Below, in pieces: positions 28,469 through 39,700 of a stretch of DNA of 64,000 nucleotides; position 1 is the stretch's first letter, and every line of letters begins with the position of its first letter. The notes under the pieces are model-generated. The model was given only the letters and a program-made list of their open reading frames with translations. It searched no databases and had not been told where the DNA came from. The position numbers and the translations under genes were made by a program. This stretch comes from Thermodesulfobacteriota bacterium (GTDB lineage Bacteria; Desulfobacterota; Desulfobacteria; Desulfobacterales; C00003060): positions 60,050-124,049 of the forward strand of contig JAXHVD010000014.1 in assembly GCA_034189385.1 (NCBI GenBank), given 5' to 3'.

Positions 28469-29098
28469 CTAGTACATGAAGTCCAAAGTGTACCAGTCAG
28501 TCTCGAAATCCCAGAGAAACAGGAAGAACCGAAACACGTAATGGAGATAAAAGGGAAGGGTTATCTTGCTGAGTTTGGCCTTTATCTCGACTTCATAGCG
28601 ATGGCCTTTTTCCAGGATGTCGAGCTCGGCAATCTTGAGATTCTCCACTTCAGCCATGATCTCTTTGGCTTCAGACAGGGAGTTCACCACAAGGGGACAC
28701 CCCTCGCGCTCGCTCCTTGTGATGACAAATTCGTTCTTCAGATTATTGTATTTTACCGTGTGGGTTATCTCCAAGCTGGCCAGTTCCTTGTCTGCCCACC
28801 AGCCTCGAACGCGCTCAAGGGCGGTCAGGAATCTGAACGTCGTTGGAATCCCGTTTAGGATGGCCTGCTCTAAATCGTCGGTGAAACATCCCTCCACCCG
28901 AAAATGGACGATGATACCATCTGGGGTGTTCTTCACCACCACGTCCGTTATCCTTGCATCCTCACTCCAGGCGAACTGCGAAGAAAACAGGATTGCGCAC
29001 AGTGTGACGATCAAAAGCCCTTTTCTCACGTAGGTTATAATGCTTTCCTCCCGTCCTGCTACCGCCTCATGCCCACAGTGCCCGTGGCCCCTTTCCAC
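28469..29098 (-). CDS. DUF4390-type exported protein
   Basis: Signal-like segment, AILNGIPTTFRF, C-terminal LPFYLHY..WDFETDWY; usual neighbour of ntrY. Confidence 0.75.
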   Translation of the reverse strand: MERGHGHCGHEAVAGREESIITYVRKGLLIVTLCAILFSSQFAWSEDARITDVVVKNTPDGIIVHFRVEGCFTDDLEQAILNGIPTTFRFLTALERVRGWWADKELASLEITHTVKYNNLKNEFVITRSEREGCPLVVNSLSEAKEIMAEVENLKIAELDILEKGHRYEVEIKAKLSKITLPFYLHYVFRFFLFLWDFETDWYTLDFMY

Positions 29099-29287
29099 GA
29101 ACGACAGCCAGCCTGAACTAGGCTACACCCTTGCCCCTGGCCCCCCGGCCATTGAAAGCCCTCATCAACTCCCAAAAGAGGCCCGAAGGAACCCAATAGG
29201 CCTGACCAAGGGTCGTAACCACCTTAAATCACGATAACGAACTGGGGATTAAATTGCAAGGGATTTCGAGGCCAAACAGGGATGGGC

Positions 29288-30160
29288 CTAAGGTGAAAAG
29301 GTCGATGCCTCCACCGTATCCCAGCAAGACCGTTGGTCAATGAACCGCGTCAACAGGGCATGATTGAGGGTGTGACCGGACTTGTGGGCTACAATATGGC
29401 CCACAATGCCCATGCCTAAAAGAGATAGGTCACCAATACAGTCGAGTATCTTGTGGCGAACAGGCTCATTCTGGTACCGAAGCCCTTCCGGATTCAACAC
29501 CTTTTCCTTGTCAATGACCACAGCATTGTCCAAAGACCCACCGCGGGCGAATCCATTCCGCTTCAAATACTCGACTTCATGCAGAAAGCCAAAGGTCCTG
29601 GCGCGGCTGATCTCCTCTTCAAAATGCCCATTATCCAGAGAAATAGAGTAGGTCTGGTCTCTCAACATGGGGTGGTCAAAGTCTATGCTGCACGTCACCT
29701 TAGGAATGTCTGATGGGTAGAGCCCGACCTTTTTGTCTGCCTCTTCCATTTCAATGGGCTTCTTGACGACAAAGAAGAACCGTTTACCCGATTGGGGACT
29801 AATCCCTGCCTCTTTCAGCATCGACGTAAAGGGTCCGGCGCTACCGTCCATGATGGGAGCCTCATAGGCATCCATCTCCACTAGGGCATTGTCTATCTGC
29901 AAACCTGCAAATGCAGCCATGAGGTGTTCAATGGTAGAAACGATCACCCCATCGGCACCCAAGGTGGTCGCCAGACTCGTGTCAATCACATTGCGAAAAT
30001 GGGCGGCAATCACCGGCTTGTGGGGAAGATCAACCCGGACAAACTTTACCCCGTGGTTCACGGGGGCCGGTTTGATGGTCAACGTAACGCTTCTCCCCGA
30101 ATGGAGCCCCACACCGGCACACTGAACCGATTTTCCTAACGTTTGCTGGTGATCATGCAT
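29288..30160 (-). CDS. lpxC: UDP-3-O-acyl-N-acetylglucosamine deacetylase
   Basis: GVGLHSG, TIEHLMAA, PIMDGSA, ARTFGF, HKILD, GHTLN. Confidence 0.97.
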   Translation of the reverse strand: MHDHQQTLGKSVQCAGVGLHSGRSVTLTIKPAPVNHGVKFVRVDLPHKPVIAAHFRNVIDTSLATTLGADGVIVSTIEHLMAAFAGLQIDNALVEMDAYEAPIMDGSAGPFTSMLKEAGISPQSGKRFFFVVKKPIEMEEADKKVGLYPSDIPKVTCSIDFDHPMLRDQTYSISLDNGHFEEEISRARTFGFLHEVEYLKRNGFARGGSLDNAVVIDKEKVLNPEGLRYQNEPVRHKILDCIGDLSLLGMGIVGHIVAHKSGHTLNHALLTRFIDQRSCWDTVEASTFSP

Positions 30161-31103
30161 GACAGATCGTCCCTCTTACTCAATATCAAGTTTCTTGTAA
30201 AGAAAAAACGCACAAGGCCTCAAACGGGGGCCAAGAGACGCACTAGCCCACCCTGCCGTTGGCTCCTTGGAAAAAGGCTGCCTTATAGATTTAATACAAT
30301 GAAATACCTAGATATTTGCCCCTTTTCTATGAACAGGCCCGTTGCCCGCCCCTGTGCCGGGACGCTCCAGGCATCTTCTGCCCGCCCCAGCCTCATGTCC
30401 TGTCATTTATTAAACGCCACGGACACCCTATAAATTGGGCCGTAATGTACGCATTTTATGGCCGTTGTCAACAAAATCCTCACCTTTATGGCAATTTGTA
30501 GGCCTTATCATGTTCTCTTTAGGATAAGAGCCTGTATTCAAAAGGACAGATGACCGTGTGGTTTACACCCCCAACGGCTGGTGATCTTCTGCTTTTCCAA
30601 TCTTGCCCCATGATGTGTTCCTACTATACATCTTTAGACATTGAACAAGTTATATAATGATAAGATCAATAAATATGTGGTTGTTACAGTGGAAGGGCTG
30701 GATGGTGTGAGGGTAATCTGGAGCCCTTCGGTACTGGGGGGAGCTCATTTCCTCTACGATAAAAGAAAAAGAGGACATCATCTAAAACAGAAAGGTCAAA
30801 CATGCCACGGCACTTCCATCCCACGGGCTGCTCAGATGAGATCTAATCCACCCCCCTCCAATACACCAAGTTATGTCGTCGGTGTTTTCGTGTCGTTTCG
30901 CCTTGACTCAGGAACCCAAATGTTCGTACATAGCCTTCACGAAAGCGGCAAGTCTTTTCATCTATCCCTCTCATTCTGCCTGCGGCCGTATAGGGACTTT
31001 TGAAGTTCATGAATCTGTCCGCCACTGATTCGTAAAAGGGGCAAAAGACGCGTTGAATAGCTTCTGTTGTTATTTGTTCGGAACGGGGGAAGTTTTATAG
31101 ACA

Positions 31104-32969
31104 ATGCCGAACCAAAGCATGCCTGATGTCTCAAAGTATGGCTCTATTCATGATTTTTTAAAGGCCCAAGCCCAGCGAGCACCTAATGCTCTTGCCATTC
31201 TGGCTCCTGGGCGGAATCCCCTTACGTACAGCGAATTGTGCATTCAAACTGAAGGTACGGTGGAAATGCTAAATGCAATGGGGGTTGGCCGTAATGACCG
31301 CGTAGCCATTGTTCTTCCTAACGGCCCCGAGTTAGCCGCTGCCTTTCTGGCAGTGGCCTCTGGGGGAACCAGCGCCCCGCTGAATCCCGCCTATGGCGCT
31401 AAGGAATTTGATTTCTATCTTGGCGATTTAGATGCCAAGGCATTGGTTATTCAATCTGGCATGGACTCGCCAGCGATCAGCGTGGCACGAACACGCGGGA
31501 CCCCCATCATCGAACTGTCACCTGTGGTTGAGGCAGGGGCAGGGAGTTTCACGCTCGTGGGCGCTGAACGATCGGCAGCGGCCAATGGCGGCATTGCACA
31601 GCTGGAGGATGTGGCTCTGGTGCTGCACACCTCAGGCACGACATCGCGACCCAAGGTCGTCCCCCTGACCCAGAGGAATCTTTGCACCTCGGCCCACAAC
31701 ATTCGGAGCGCTTTTGAGTTGGGTGATAGCGATCGCTGTCTCAATGTGATGCCCCTATTTCACATTCATGGCCTCGTGGGAGCCATCCTTTCGACGCTGG
31801 CGGCTGGCGGGAACGTCGTTTGCACTCCAGGCTTTGACGGGTCCGAATTCTTCAACTGGGTGGCAGGGTTTCACCCAACTTGGTACACGGCAGTGCCTAC
31901 CATGCACCAGGCGATCCTGAACGGTGCTTCATCCCATCACAACGTCATCGCCCGTTATCCGCTGCGATTCATACGTTCCTGTTCTGCCCCTTTGCCGCCA
32001 AAGACAATGGCAGCGTTGGAAGGCCTGTTCAATGCCCCTGTGCTTGAGTCGTACGGGATGACCGAGGCTGCCCACCAAATGACCAGCAATCCCTTGCCTC
32101 CCCGTAAGCGTAAACCTGGTTCCATAGGGATACCCACCGGACAAGAGGTGGCCATCATGAATGAAACAGGCGACCTTCTAAAGACAGGCGAGACCGGTGA
32201 GATCGTGATCCGAGGTGCGAACGTCACACAGGGCTATGAAAACAATCCGGAAGCCAACAAAAGCGCTTTTTGCAACGGTTGGTTCAGAACCGGGGATGAA
32301 GGCTTTTTTGACGAAGACGGCTACTTGTTCTTGACAGGCCGTATCAAGGAAATGATCAATCGTGGCGGCGAAAAAGTAGCGCCGAGAGAAATTGATGAGG
32401 CGGTCATGGAGCATCCTGCTGTGGAACAAGCTGTGACCTTTGCCGTCGCCCATGCCACCCTTTGGGAAGATGTTGCCACAGCCGTGGTGTTGGGAGCAAA
32501 GGCTTCGGCAACGGAGAAGGAGATCCGTGAGTGGGCCTTTGCACGACTGGCTGATTACAAAGTGCCAAGCCAGGTGGTCATAGTAGATGAGGTGCCGAAA
32601 GGCCCTACCGGGAAGCTTCAACGCATCGGTTTGGCAGAGAAGTTCATGTCAAAGCTCAAGTCACCATTCGTGGCACCCAGGAATCCGGCGGAGAAGGCCG
32701 TGGCCAGGATCTGGGCCGCGGTCCTGGATATGGAGCAGGTAGGGATTTACGACAACTTCTTCGGACTGGGTGGAGACTCGCTCCTTGCCACCCAGGTGGT
32801 TTCTCGGTTGCGGGCAGCTTTTCGTGTGGAGCTGCCCTTGCCAACGATGTTTAGGGGGCCCACTGTGGCCGACCAGGCGTCATTGATTGAAGAGCTGCTC
32901 ATGAGTGAGGTGGAAGGGCTGACAGAAGAGGAAGCGCGACAGTTTCTTGAGCAGCGACACGGCTTTTGA
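31104..32969 (+). CDS. Oxalate-CoA-ligase-like (AAE3/PCS60-type) adenylation domain fused to a PCP; NRPS loading module
   Basis: LHTSGTTSRPK, PLFHIHGL, FIRSCSAPL, YGMTEAAHQMTSNPLPP, PKGPTGKLQR; C-terminal DNFFGLGGDSLLA carrier. Confidence 0.85.
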   Translation: MPNQSMPDVSKYGSIHDFLKAQAQRAPNALAILAPGRNPLTYSELCIQTEGTVEMLNAMGVGRNDRVAIVLPNGPELAAAFLAVASGGTSAPLNPAYGAKEFDFYLGDLDAKALVIQSGMDSPAISVARTRGTPIIELSPVVEAGAGSFTLVGAERSAAANGGIAQLEDVALVLHTSGTTSRPKVVPLTQRNLCTSAHNIRSAFELGDSDRCLNVMPLFHIHGLVGAILSTLAAGGNVVCTPGFDGSEFFNWVAGFHPTWYTAVPTMHQAILNGASSHHNVIARYPLRFIRSCSAPLPPKTMAALEGLFNAPVLESYGMTEAAHQMTSNPLPPRKRKPGSIGIPTGQEVAIMNETGDLLKTGETGEIVIRGANVTQGYENNPEANKSAFCNGWFRTGDEGFFDEDGYLFLTGRIKEMINRGGEKVAPREIDEAVMEHPAVEQAVTFAVAHATLWEDVATAVVLGAKASATEKEIREWAFARLADYKVPSQVVIVDEVPKGPTGKLQRIGLAEKFMSKLKSPFVAPRNPAEKAVARIWAAVLDMEQVGIYDNFFGLGGDSLLATQVVSRLRAAFRVELPLPTMFRGPTVADQASLIEELLMSEVEGLTEEEARQFLEQRHGF

Positions 32970-32981
32970 TGGGCTGGAAGC

Positions 32982-35900
32982 GTGACTCAAAAAGAGGACA
33001 TGGGGCAACGGCGGTCCAGGCTCTCACCGGCCAAGGGAGCGCTGCTTGAGAAACGGCTGCAACAGGCGCTGACGGCCGATTTTGAATCGAAAGTAATCCC
33101 TAAGCGTCCAGAGCCAGAAGACGTACCTCTGTCTTTCGCTCAGGAACGCTTTTGGTTCCTTCATCAGCTGGAGCCTGGCAACCCTGCTTACAACCGTCCT
33201 TTTGCCCTTCGTCTCACGGGCCCGCTCAACGTGACCGCCTTGGAGCAGACCCTTAGTGAAATCTTGCGCCGGCACGAGACACTGCGGGCAACTTTCTCCT
33301 CCATGGACGGACGACCGGTCCAGGCCATTTCCCCCGCCCGACCCGTGACTCTTGCGGTGACAGATCTGAGCAGGCAACCTGATCCGGAACGAGAAGCGCA
33401 GGCCAGGCAGTTGGCGGCTGTGGAAGCCCAGCGATCCTTTGATCTGGTCCAAGGGCCTTTGGTTCGGGCCACCTTGCTACGTCTAGACAACGAGGAGCAC
33501 CTGCTACTGCTGGTGATACACCATATTGCCTTTGATGGCTGGTCCGCCAAAGTGCTCATCCGTGAGCTCACGGCGATCTATGAAGCTTTTTCCAAGGGGA
33601 GCCCGTCGCCGCTGGCTGAACTGCCTATCCAGTGCGCAGATTTTGCACTCTGGCAGCGACAGTGGCTGCAGGGTGATGTCTTCAAGATACAGCTCTCCTA
33701 TTGGCAAGACCAACTGGCAGGTTCCCCACCCTCACTGGATCTCCCCGCGGATTACCCACGGCCGGCGACACAGACGCATCGGGGGAGACGTGAAGCCGTG
33801 ACGTTGCCTGTCTCTTTGTTGAGATCACTAAAAACCCTAAGCCAGCAGGAGGGCGTCACCCTGTTCATGGTATTGCTGGCAGCCTTCCAGGTCCTGCTGC
33901 ATCGGTATACGGGAAAGGATGACATCGTCGTGGGCTGTCCTATTTCAGGCCGCACCCACGTGGAGACAGAAAAAGTGATCGGGTTTTTGGTCAATACCTT
34001 GGTCCTTCGGACTGACCTGTCTGGCAACCCGACTTTTCGGGAACTATTGAGTCGGGTCCGTGAGGTGGCAATGGGCGCCTACGCCCACCAGGATCTGCCC
34101 TTCGAGAAACTCATAGAGGAGTTGAAATTGGACCGGGACCTCAGCAGAACACCGTTATTTCAGGTCATGTTCAACTTGGAGAATGTTCCTGGAGAGGTAG
34201 TGCTAACACAAGACCTGACCTTAGATGAATTCGAATTTGACAGTCGCGTCTCACAGTTCGATTTGACCTTGGAAGTAGTGGAGAAGACCGACGGGCTGTC
34301 CTGTTTGTGGGTGTACAACAGCGACTTATTTGATGAGACCACTGTTAAGCGAATGTCAGGACATTTTAGGACTTTGTTAGAAGGCATTGTGGCCAATCCA
34401 GGACAGCGCATCGGATTGTTGCCACTTCTAACGGAATCTGAACGACATCAGTTTCTGGTGGAGTGGAATGACAATCGAGTCCACTATCCCGAGGATCAGT
34501 GCGTCCATCAGCTTTTTGAGTCTCAGGCGAAACGAACGCCCGACGCCGTTGCGGCGGTCTTTAAGGACCAGCAGATGACTTACGACGAGCTGAACCGTCG
34601 GGCAAATTGCCTGGCACACTACCTGCGCAAGCTTGGGGTGGGGCCGGACATCTTGGTAGGAGTTTGTGTGGAGCGCTCCTTGGAGATGGTAGTGGGGCTG
34701 CTGGGCGTTCTCAAGGCCGGGGGTGCTTATGTCCCTCTGGATCCGGCCTATCCTGAAAAGCGCTTGGCCTTCATGGTGGAAGAGACAGAGGCGCCGGCGT
34801 TATTGAGCCAAAAGCACCTGGCAAAAAGGTTTAGCGATACCGGGGTAAAAGTCGTGTGTCTGGACAGAGATTGGGATGTAATCTCCCGAGAACCAGAAGA
34901 GAATCCTCTTTCTGAAACAGGGCCCCGCAATTTACTCTATCTGATTTACACTTCGGGTTCCACGGGAAAACCGAAAGGGGTGGAAATCGAACATAGGGGG
35001 GTAGTCAGTCTTATCTCGTGGCAGCAACGAACATTCTCTGTGTCTGAGGCAGACCGAGCGACCCAGCTTGGAGCACTTTCTTTTGATATGACCGTCATGG
35101 AGCTGTGGCCTTATCTGACTGCGGGAGCAACCGTGCATTTCCCGCCGGATAACGAAACGCGCACGTCGCCCTTGCAACTCCGTGATTGGTTGGTCTCAGA
35201 GGCAATTACCATCAGCGACCTGGTGACCCCATTGGCGGAATGGGTTCTGCCGCTGAGCTGGCCCAAAGGTTCCGCACTTCGGACCCTTGTGACTGGGGGC
35301 GACAAACTCAGTTCTTATCCTTCAGACGACTTGCCTTTTGAGTTTGTGAACACCTACGGCCCTGCAGAGTACACGGTACTCACGACATGGGCTACTATTG
35401 AACCAAATCAGCGAGCCCACTCAGCGCCACCTATCGGCCGACCCATCGATAATACGCAGGTGTACCTGCTCGACAAATACTTACAGCCTGTTCCCATCGG
35501 CGTACCTGGTGAGCTGTACGTTGGCGGTGTGGGCCTGGCCCGAGGCTATCTCAAGCGCCCGGAGCTGACGGCCGAGAAGTTCATACCCCATCCATTCAGC
35601 CATGCCCCCGGTGCGCGTCTTTACAAAACTGGCGACCTGGCCCGTTATTTGCCCGATGGGGCCATTGAGTTCCTCGGCAGGATGGACAGCCAGGTCAAGA
35701 TTCGTGGCTGCCGTGTGGAACTGGGAGAGATTGAGACAATACTAGGGCAACATCCAGCTGTGAACAAAGCCGTGGTCTTGGCCACAGAGAGGGGAAGCAA
35801 ACACGGCCGCCTTCCGATTTCACCGGCAACAGACAAGATCCTGGCAGCCTATGTGGTACTGCACAAGGGCCACTCTGTGTCCACTAGTGGACTGCGCCGG

Positions 35901-36398
35901 TTTCTGAAAGAGAGACTGCCGGAGTATATGGCCCCTTCAGCGTTTGTGGAACTGGAAGCCTTTCCCCTGACGCCTAACGGCAAGGTAGACCGAAGTTCCC
36001 TTCCCTGTCCAGACGCAACGCGACCTGACTTGGATGGGGCTTTCATCGCCCCCCGCACTGCCGTGGAGGAATTGGTGGCAGGGGTGTGGACAGAAGTGCT
36101 CAGGTTGGACCAGGTGGGGGTTCATGACAGCTTTTTTCAGTTGGGAGGCCACTCGTTGCTGGCCGTCCAGGTCATTTCTCGGCTCCGGAAGGCGTTTCAA
36201 ACAGATGTCCCTTTGCGTTGCCTCTTTGAGGCCCCCACTGTAGCAGAGCTCTCCCGGGCCATCTTGGCGAATGAACCCGTGCCCGGACAGGCTGAAAAGA
36301 TCGCCCGGATCATGAGTAAGGTAAAGCGTATGTCCCCGGACGAAGTCAAGAGGACTCTTGAGGAGAAGAAAGGGCAGCGAACCGGGGAGAGGCCATGA
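32982..36398 (+). CDS. Single-module NRPS 1 (C-A-PCP)
   Basis: [48 protein letters not shown]. Confidence 0.95.
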   Translation: MTQKEDMGQRRSRLSPAKGALLEKRLQQALTADFESKVIPKRPEPEDVPLSFAQERFWFLHQLEPGNPAYNRPFALRLTGPLNVTALEQTLSEILRRHETLRATFSSMDGRPVQAISPARPVTLAVTDLSRQPDPEREAQARQLAAVEAQRSFDLVQGPLVRATLLRLDNEEHLLLLVIHHIAFDGWSAKVLIRELTAIYEAFSKGSPSPLAELPIQCADFALWQRQWLQGDVFKIQLSYWQDQLAGSPPSLDLPADYPRPATQTHRGRREAVTLPVSLLRSLKTLSQQEGVTLFMVLLAAFQVLLHRYTGKDDIVVGCPISGRTHVETEKVIGFLVNTLVLRTDLSGNPTFRELLSRVREVAMGAYAHQDLPFEKLIEELKLDRDLSRTPLFQVMFNLENVPGEVVLTQDLTLDEFEFDSRVSQFDLTLEVVEKTDGLSCLWVYNSDLFDETTVKRMSGHFRTLLEGIVANPGQRIGLLPLLTESERHQFLVEWNDNRVHYPEDQCVHQLFESQAKRTPDAVAAVFKDQQMTYDELNRRANCLAHYLRKLGVGPDILVGVCVERSLEMVVGLLGVLKAGGAYVPLDPAYPEKRLAFMVEETEAPALLSQKHLAKRFSDTGVKVVCLDRDWDVISREPEENPLSETGPRNLLYLIYTSGSTGKPKGVEIEHRGVVSLISWQQRTFSVSEADRATQLGALSFDMTVMELWPYLTAGATVHFPPDNETRTSPLQLRDWLVSEAITISDLVTPLAEWVLPLSWPKGSALRTLVTGGDKLSSYPSDDLPFEFVNTYGPAEYTVLTTWATIEPNQRAHSAPPIGRPIDNTQVYLLDKYLQPVPIGVPGELYVGGVGLARGYLKRPELTAEKFIPHPFSHAPGARLYKTGDLARYLPDGAIEFLGRMDSQVKIRGCRVELGEIETILGQHPAVNKAVVLATERGSKHGRLPISPATDKILAAYVVLHKGHSVSTSGLRRFLKERLPEYMAPSAFVELEAFPLTPNGKVDRSSLPCPDATRPDLDGAFIAPRTAVEELVAGVWTEVLRLDQVGVHDSFFQLGGHSLLAVQVISRLRKAFQTDVPLRCLFEAPTVAELSRAILANEPVPGQAEKIARIMSKVKRMSPDEVKRTLEEKKGQRTGERP

Positions 36399-36468
36399 AC
36401 AGAACAAGACCCGGAGCAAGAATGCGCAAGGAGAAAACCCAATAGCCGTCAAGGAAACAGGAGAAGAC

Positions 36469-36693
36469 ATGCACAGGGACGACAGGGAGGACACCACCGT
36501 CTACAAGGTTGTCGTAAATCACGAAGAACAGTATTCCATATGGCCTGTAAACCGCGAAACCCCTCGCGGCTGGCATGAAGTGGGAAAAAGCGGGCCGAAG
36601 GCAGAATGTCTCGCATTCATCAAAGAAGTCTGGACTGACATGACACCCCTTAGCCTGAGGAAAAAGATGAAGCAGGAAGGGAAGTCCCAGTAA
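36469..36693 (+). CDS. mbtH: MbtH-like protein
   Basis: [42 protein letters not shown] before the ATG at 36469. Confidence 0.95.
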   Translation: MHRDDREDTTVYKVVVNHEEQYSIWPVNRETPRGWHEVGKSGPKAECLAFIKEVWTDMTPLSLRKKMKQEGKSQ

Positions 36694-36729
36694 CCATCTT
36701 CAGATTTCTATTAAGGGAAACATCTTCCA

Positions 36730-39700
36730 ATGTCTGTGGAGAAAACCATACAAGAAAGGATTGATGAGTTTGTTGCCGAATCACGTGCGCTAAATGGGCA
36801 AGAGGTAAGAGAAAGGATGCCCTGGAACACCTCTGTAACGGCTGATGCCATCAGGCACTTTGCCTATGGTATCAGCGACGATAACCCCCTGTGGCTGGAC
36901 CGGCACTACGCATCCAAGACCTGCTATGGCCGCCTGGTCGCGCCGCCGGCTTTCCTCAGCTCCGTCCTGTACCCAATCCTACATGGGGCCCCAATGGATG
37001 TGCCTTTATCCAGCTTTATCGAGGGAATAGAATATCAATGGTTTTTGCCTGTTCTGGAAGGAGATTCGTTACGGGCATCGGCCAGGCAGATTGACGTCTT
37101 AGAATCGAAGGCCGCCAATGGCCGCCCCGTTGTCTATATTGTATCTGAGACCGGCTATTGGAACCAACAGGGTGAGCTGGTTGCAAAGGCAAGGGGAACA
37201 ATGGCCCGAGTTTTACGGGATGGGAAAGAACTCTCGGTTCAGCCTCCAATACATCAGTATAACCAGGAAGAGATACAAAGCATTGGCAAGGCCCTTGCAC
37301 GAGAGGGCAGGACCGGGGGCCGCAATCTGTTCGGTGAGGATGTTGAGGTCGGCCAGGAACTACCAGCGCTGGTGCGGGGCCCCCTAACCATCGGGGATAT
37401 GATCTGTTGGCAGGCTGCCGTTGGTCCCTCCTATCGGGCCGGATCTCTGGGTTATCGGGACATCGTGAAGGCACCCCACACGGCCGTTACAAATCCTATT
37501 ACCGGTTGGCCGGTTAGGTTTTCTCAACAGCATGAGGACTTTCAACTGGTGTCACAGCGCGGAATGTCCGCTCCCTTTGATAATGGTGTGATGCGTTTTT
37601 CCTGGTTGTCTCCTTTAGTAACAAACTGGATGGGTGATAATGGATTGCTGAAACGACTGGCTGTTCGGATAATAGCACCAAACCTATACGGGGATACTAC
37701 TTGGTATCAAGGAATAGTAACAAAGAAAAATGATACAAAGTCCGGTACTTCACTAACAGTCAAGATAACGGGAATCAACCAGGTGGGCATCACCACAACC
37801 CGAGGGGAGGCAGAAGTATTACTCCCATTGTGCAGGGCAAACAAGCGTGGCCATTCCCCACAAGAAATGAGCGAAAGGGATGATATCCTACAAGGCGATC
37901 CCGGGCAAAACTGCCTGCATGAGATGTTCGAGATTCAGGCCGAGCGGACACCCGATGCTGACGCAGTCTCCTTTGAAGACCAGCGGCTGAACTATCGCGA
38001 ATTGAACCAACTGAGTAACCGGCTGGCACACTATCTACGTTCTTCGGGTGTAGGTCCCGATGTGCCTGTGGGGATATATATGGAACGCTCCATCGATATC
38101 GTACTAGGAATACTGGCCACTCTGAAGGCAGGGGGGGCTTACGTGCCCTTAGATCCCGAATATCCAAAGGAACGATTGTCCTTTATGGCCGAAGATGCTG
38201 GGATTTCGGTACTTTTAACCCAAGAGCGGCTGCTCCATAGGCTACCCAACCAGGAGGCACGGGTAATCTGCTTAGACACAGGACGGAACACATACAGGCA
38301 TATGAGCGGAGAAACCCCCGTTACAAGTGTGAGGGACAATAATCTCGCCTATGTGATCTATACTTCCGGTTCTACTGGCCAACCAAGAGGCGTGGCCGTA
38401 TCCCATTCCAGTTTATCATTGTACATCAATTCCATCAGCAAGGCCTTAGGGGTAACTGATAAGGATGTATATTTACACACCGCATCTTTTTCTTTTTCCG
38501 CTGCCGTGCGACAGATGGTCTTACCCCTTTGTTTGGGTTCCACCCTGGTCGTTGCAAACTCCGAGGAAAGAAGAGATCCTCTCGCCCTATTTGAACTAGT
38601 CAAAAAGCGTAGTGTAACCGTATGGGATACTGTACCAAGCCTGTGGCGTCATTGCATTGATGCGCTGATGACTCTTGACCACGACGTCAGGGCAAACCTT
38701 CTCAGAAACAGGTTGCGCCTCATCCTGGTGACCGGTGAGCCACTAACCTGGGATATCCCTCGGACGTGGATGTCTCGATTGCATCATGGTGCGCACATCA
38801 TGAACCTGTATGGCCAAACAGAATCTACTGGGACTGTTAGTTATTATCCCATTCCCAAGGAGTTTGATGACAAATCGCGGGTAGTACCATTGGGAAGGCC
38901 AGTTGAAAGGACGCAGATCTACTTATTAGACGAAGACCTGCGCCAGGTTCCCAATGGGGTGGAAGGCGAAATCTGTGTCGGAGGCGGACGCTTGGCTAAA
39001 GGATACCTGCATGGAGACGGATTGATGACCGATCGATTCATCCCCGACCCGTTTAGTGGAAAGCCCGGTGCACGTCTTTATAAAACCCTCGACTTGGGGC
39101 GATATTTACCCGACGGCAATCTCGAGTTCATGGGTCGTCTGGATCAGCGAATCAAGATCCGCGGGTTCCGTATCGAACCGACGGAGATTGAAGAAACACT
39201 GAGAAAACACCCGGACGTACGCGACGCCGCCGTGTTAGCACGAGAGGACCTTCCAGGTGACAAAAGATTGATTGCCTACATAGTGCCTAATCAAGCCGGC
39301 ACGATAATGATTGAGGGTAACAGGCCATATAGGTTTTCAAATAACATGGCCGTGATGCAATTAAACAAACATGAGACCGACTACACCTATGGGGCAATAT
39401 TCGAGCGTCTCACCTATATGAGACATGGGATTACGATTCATGATGGTGATTGCATATTTGACGTGGGGGCAAACATAGGTCTCTTTTCGCTCTTTGTCCA
39501 TCAGTGGTGCAAAAAGCCAAGGATCTTCGCCTTTGAGCCCAATCCCGTCGTATTCGAGCTATTAAAGGCAAATGCGTCTTTGTATGGCCTGGACGTACGA
39601 TTGTTCCAATGTGGATTGTCTGATCAATCCAAGCGCGCACCCTTTACCTTTTTCCCTGGTTCTTCCATACAATCCGGCTTATATGCTGATGGGGAGAGCG

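Noticed and set aside
30161..31103. Short ORFs or a riboswitch between lpxC and the NRPS cluster
   Set aside because: ORFs lack RBS or motifs and no riboswitch core was recognised; treated as a divergent promoter region
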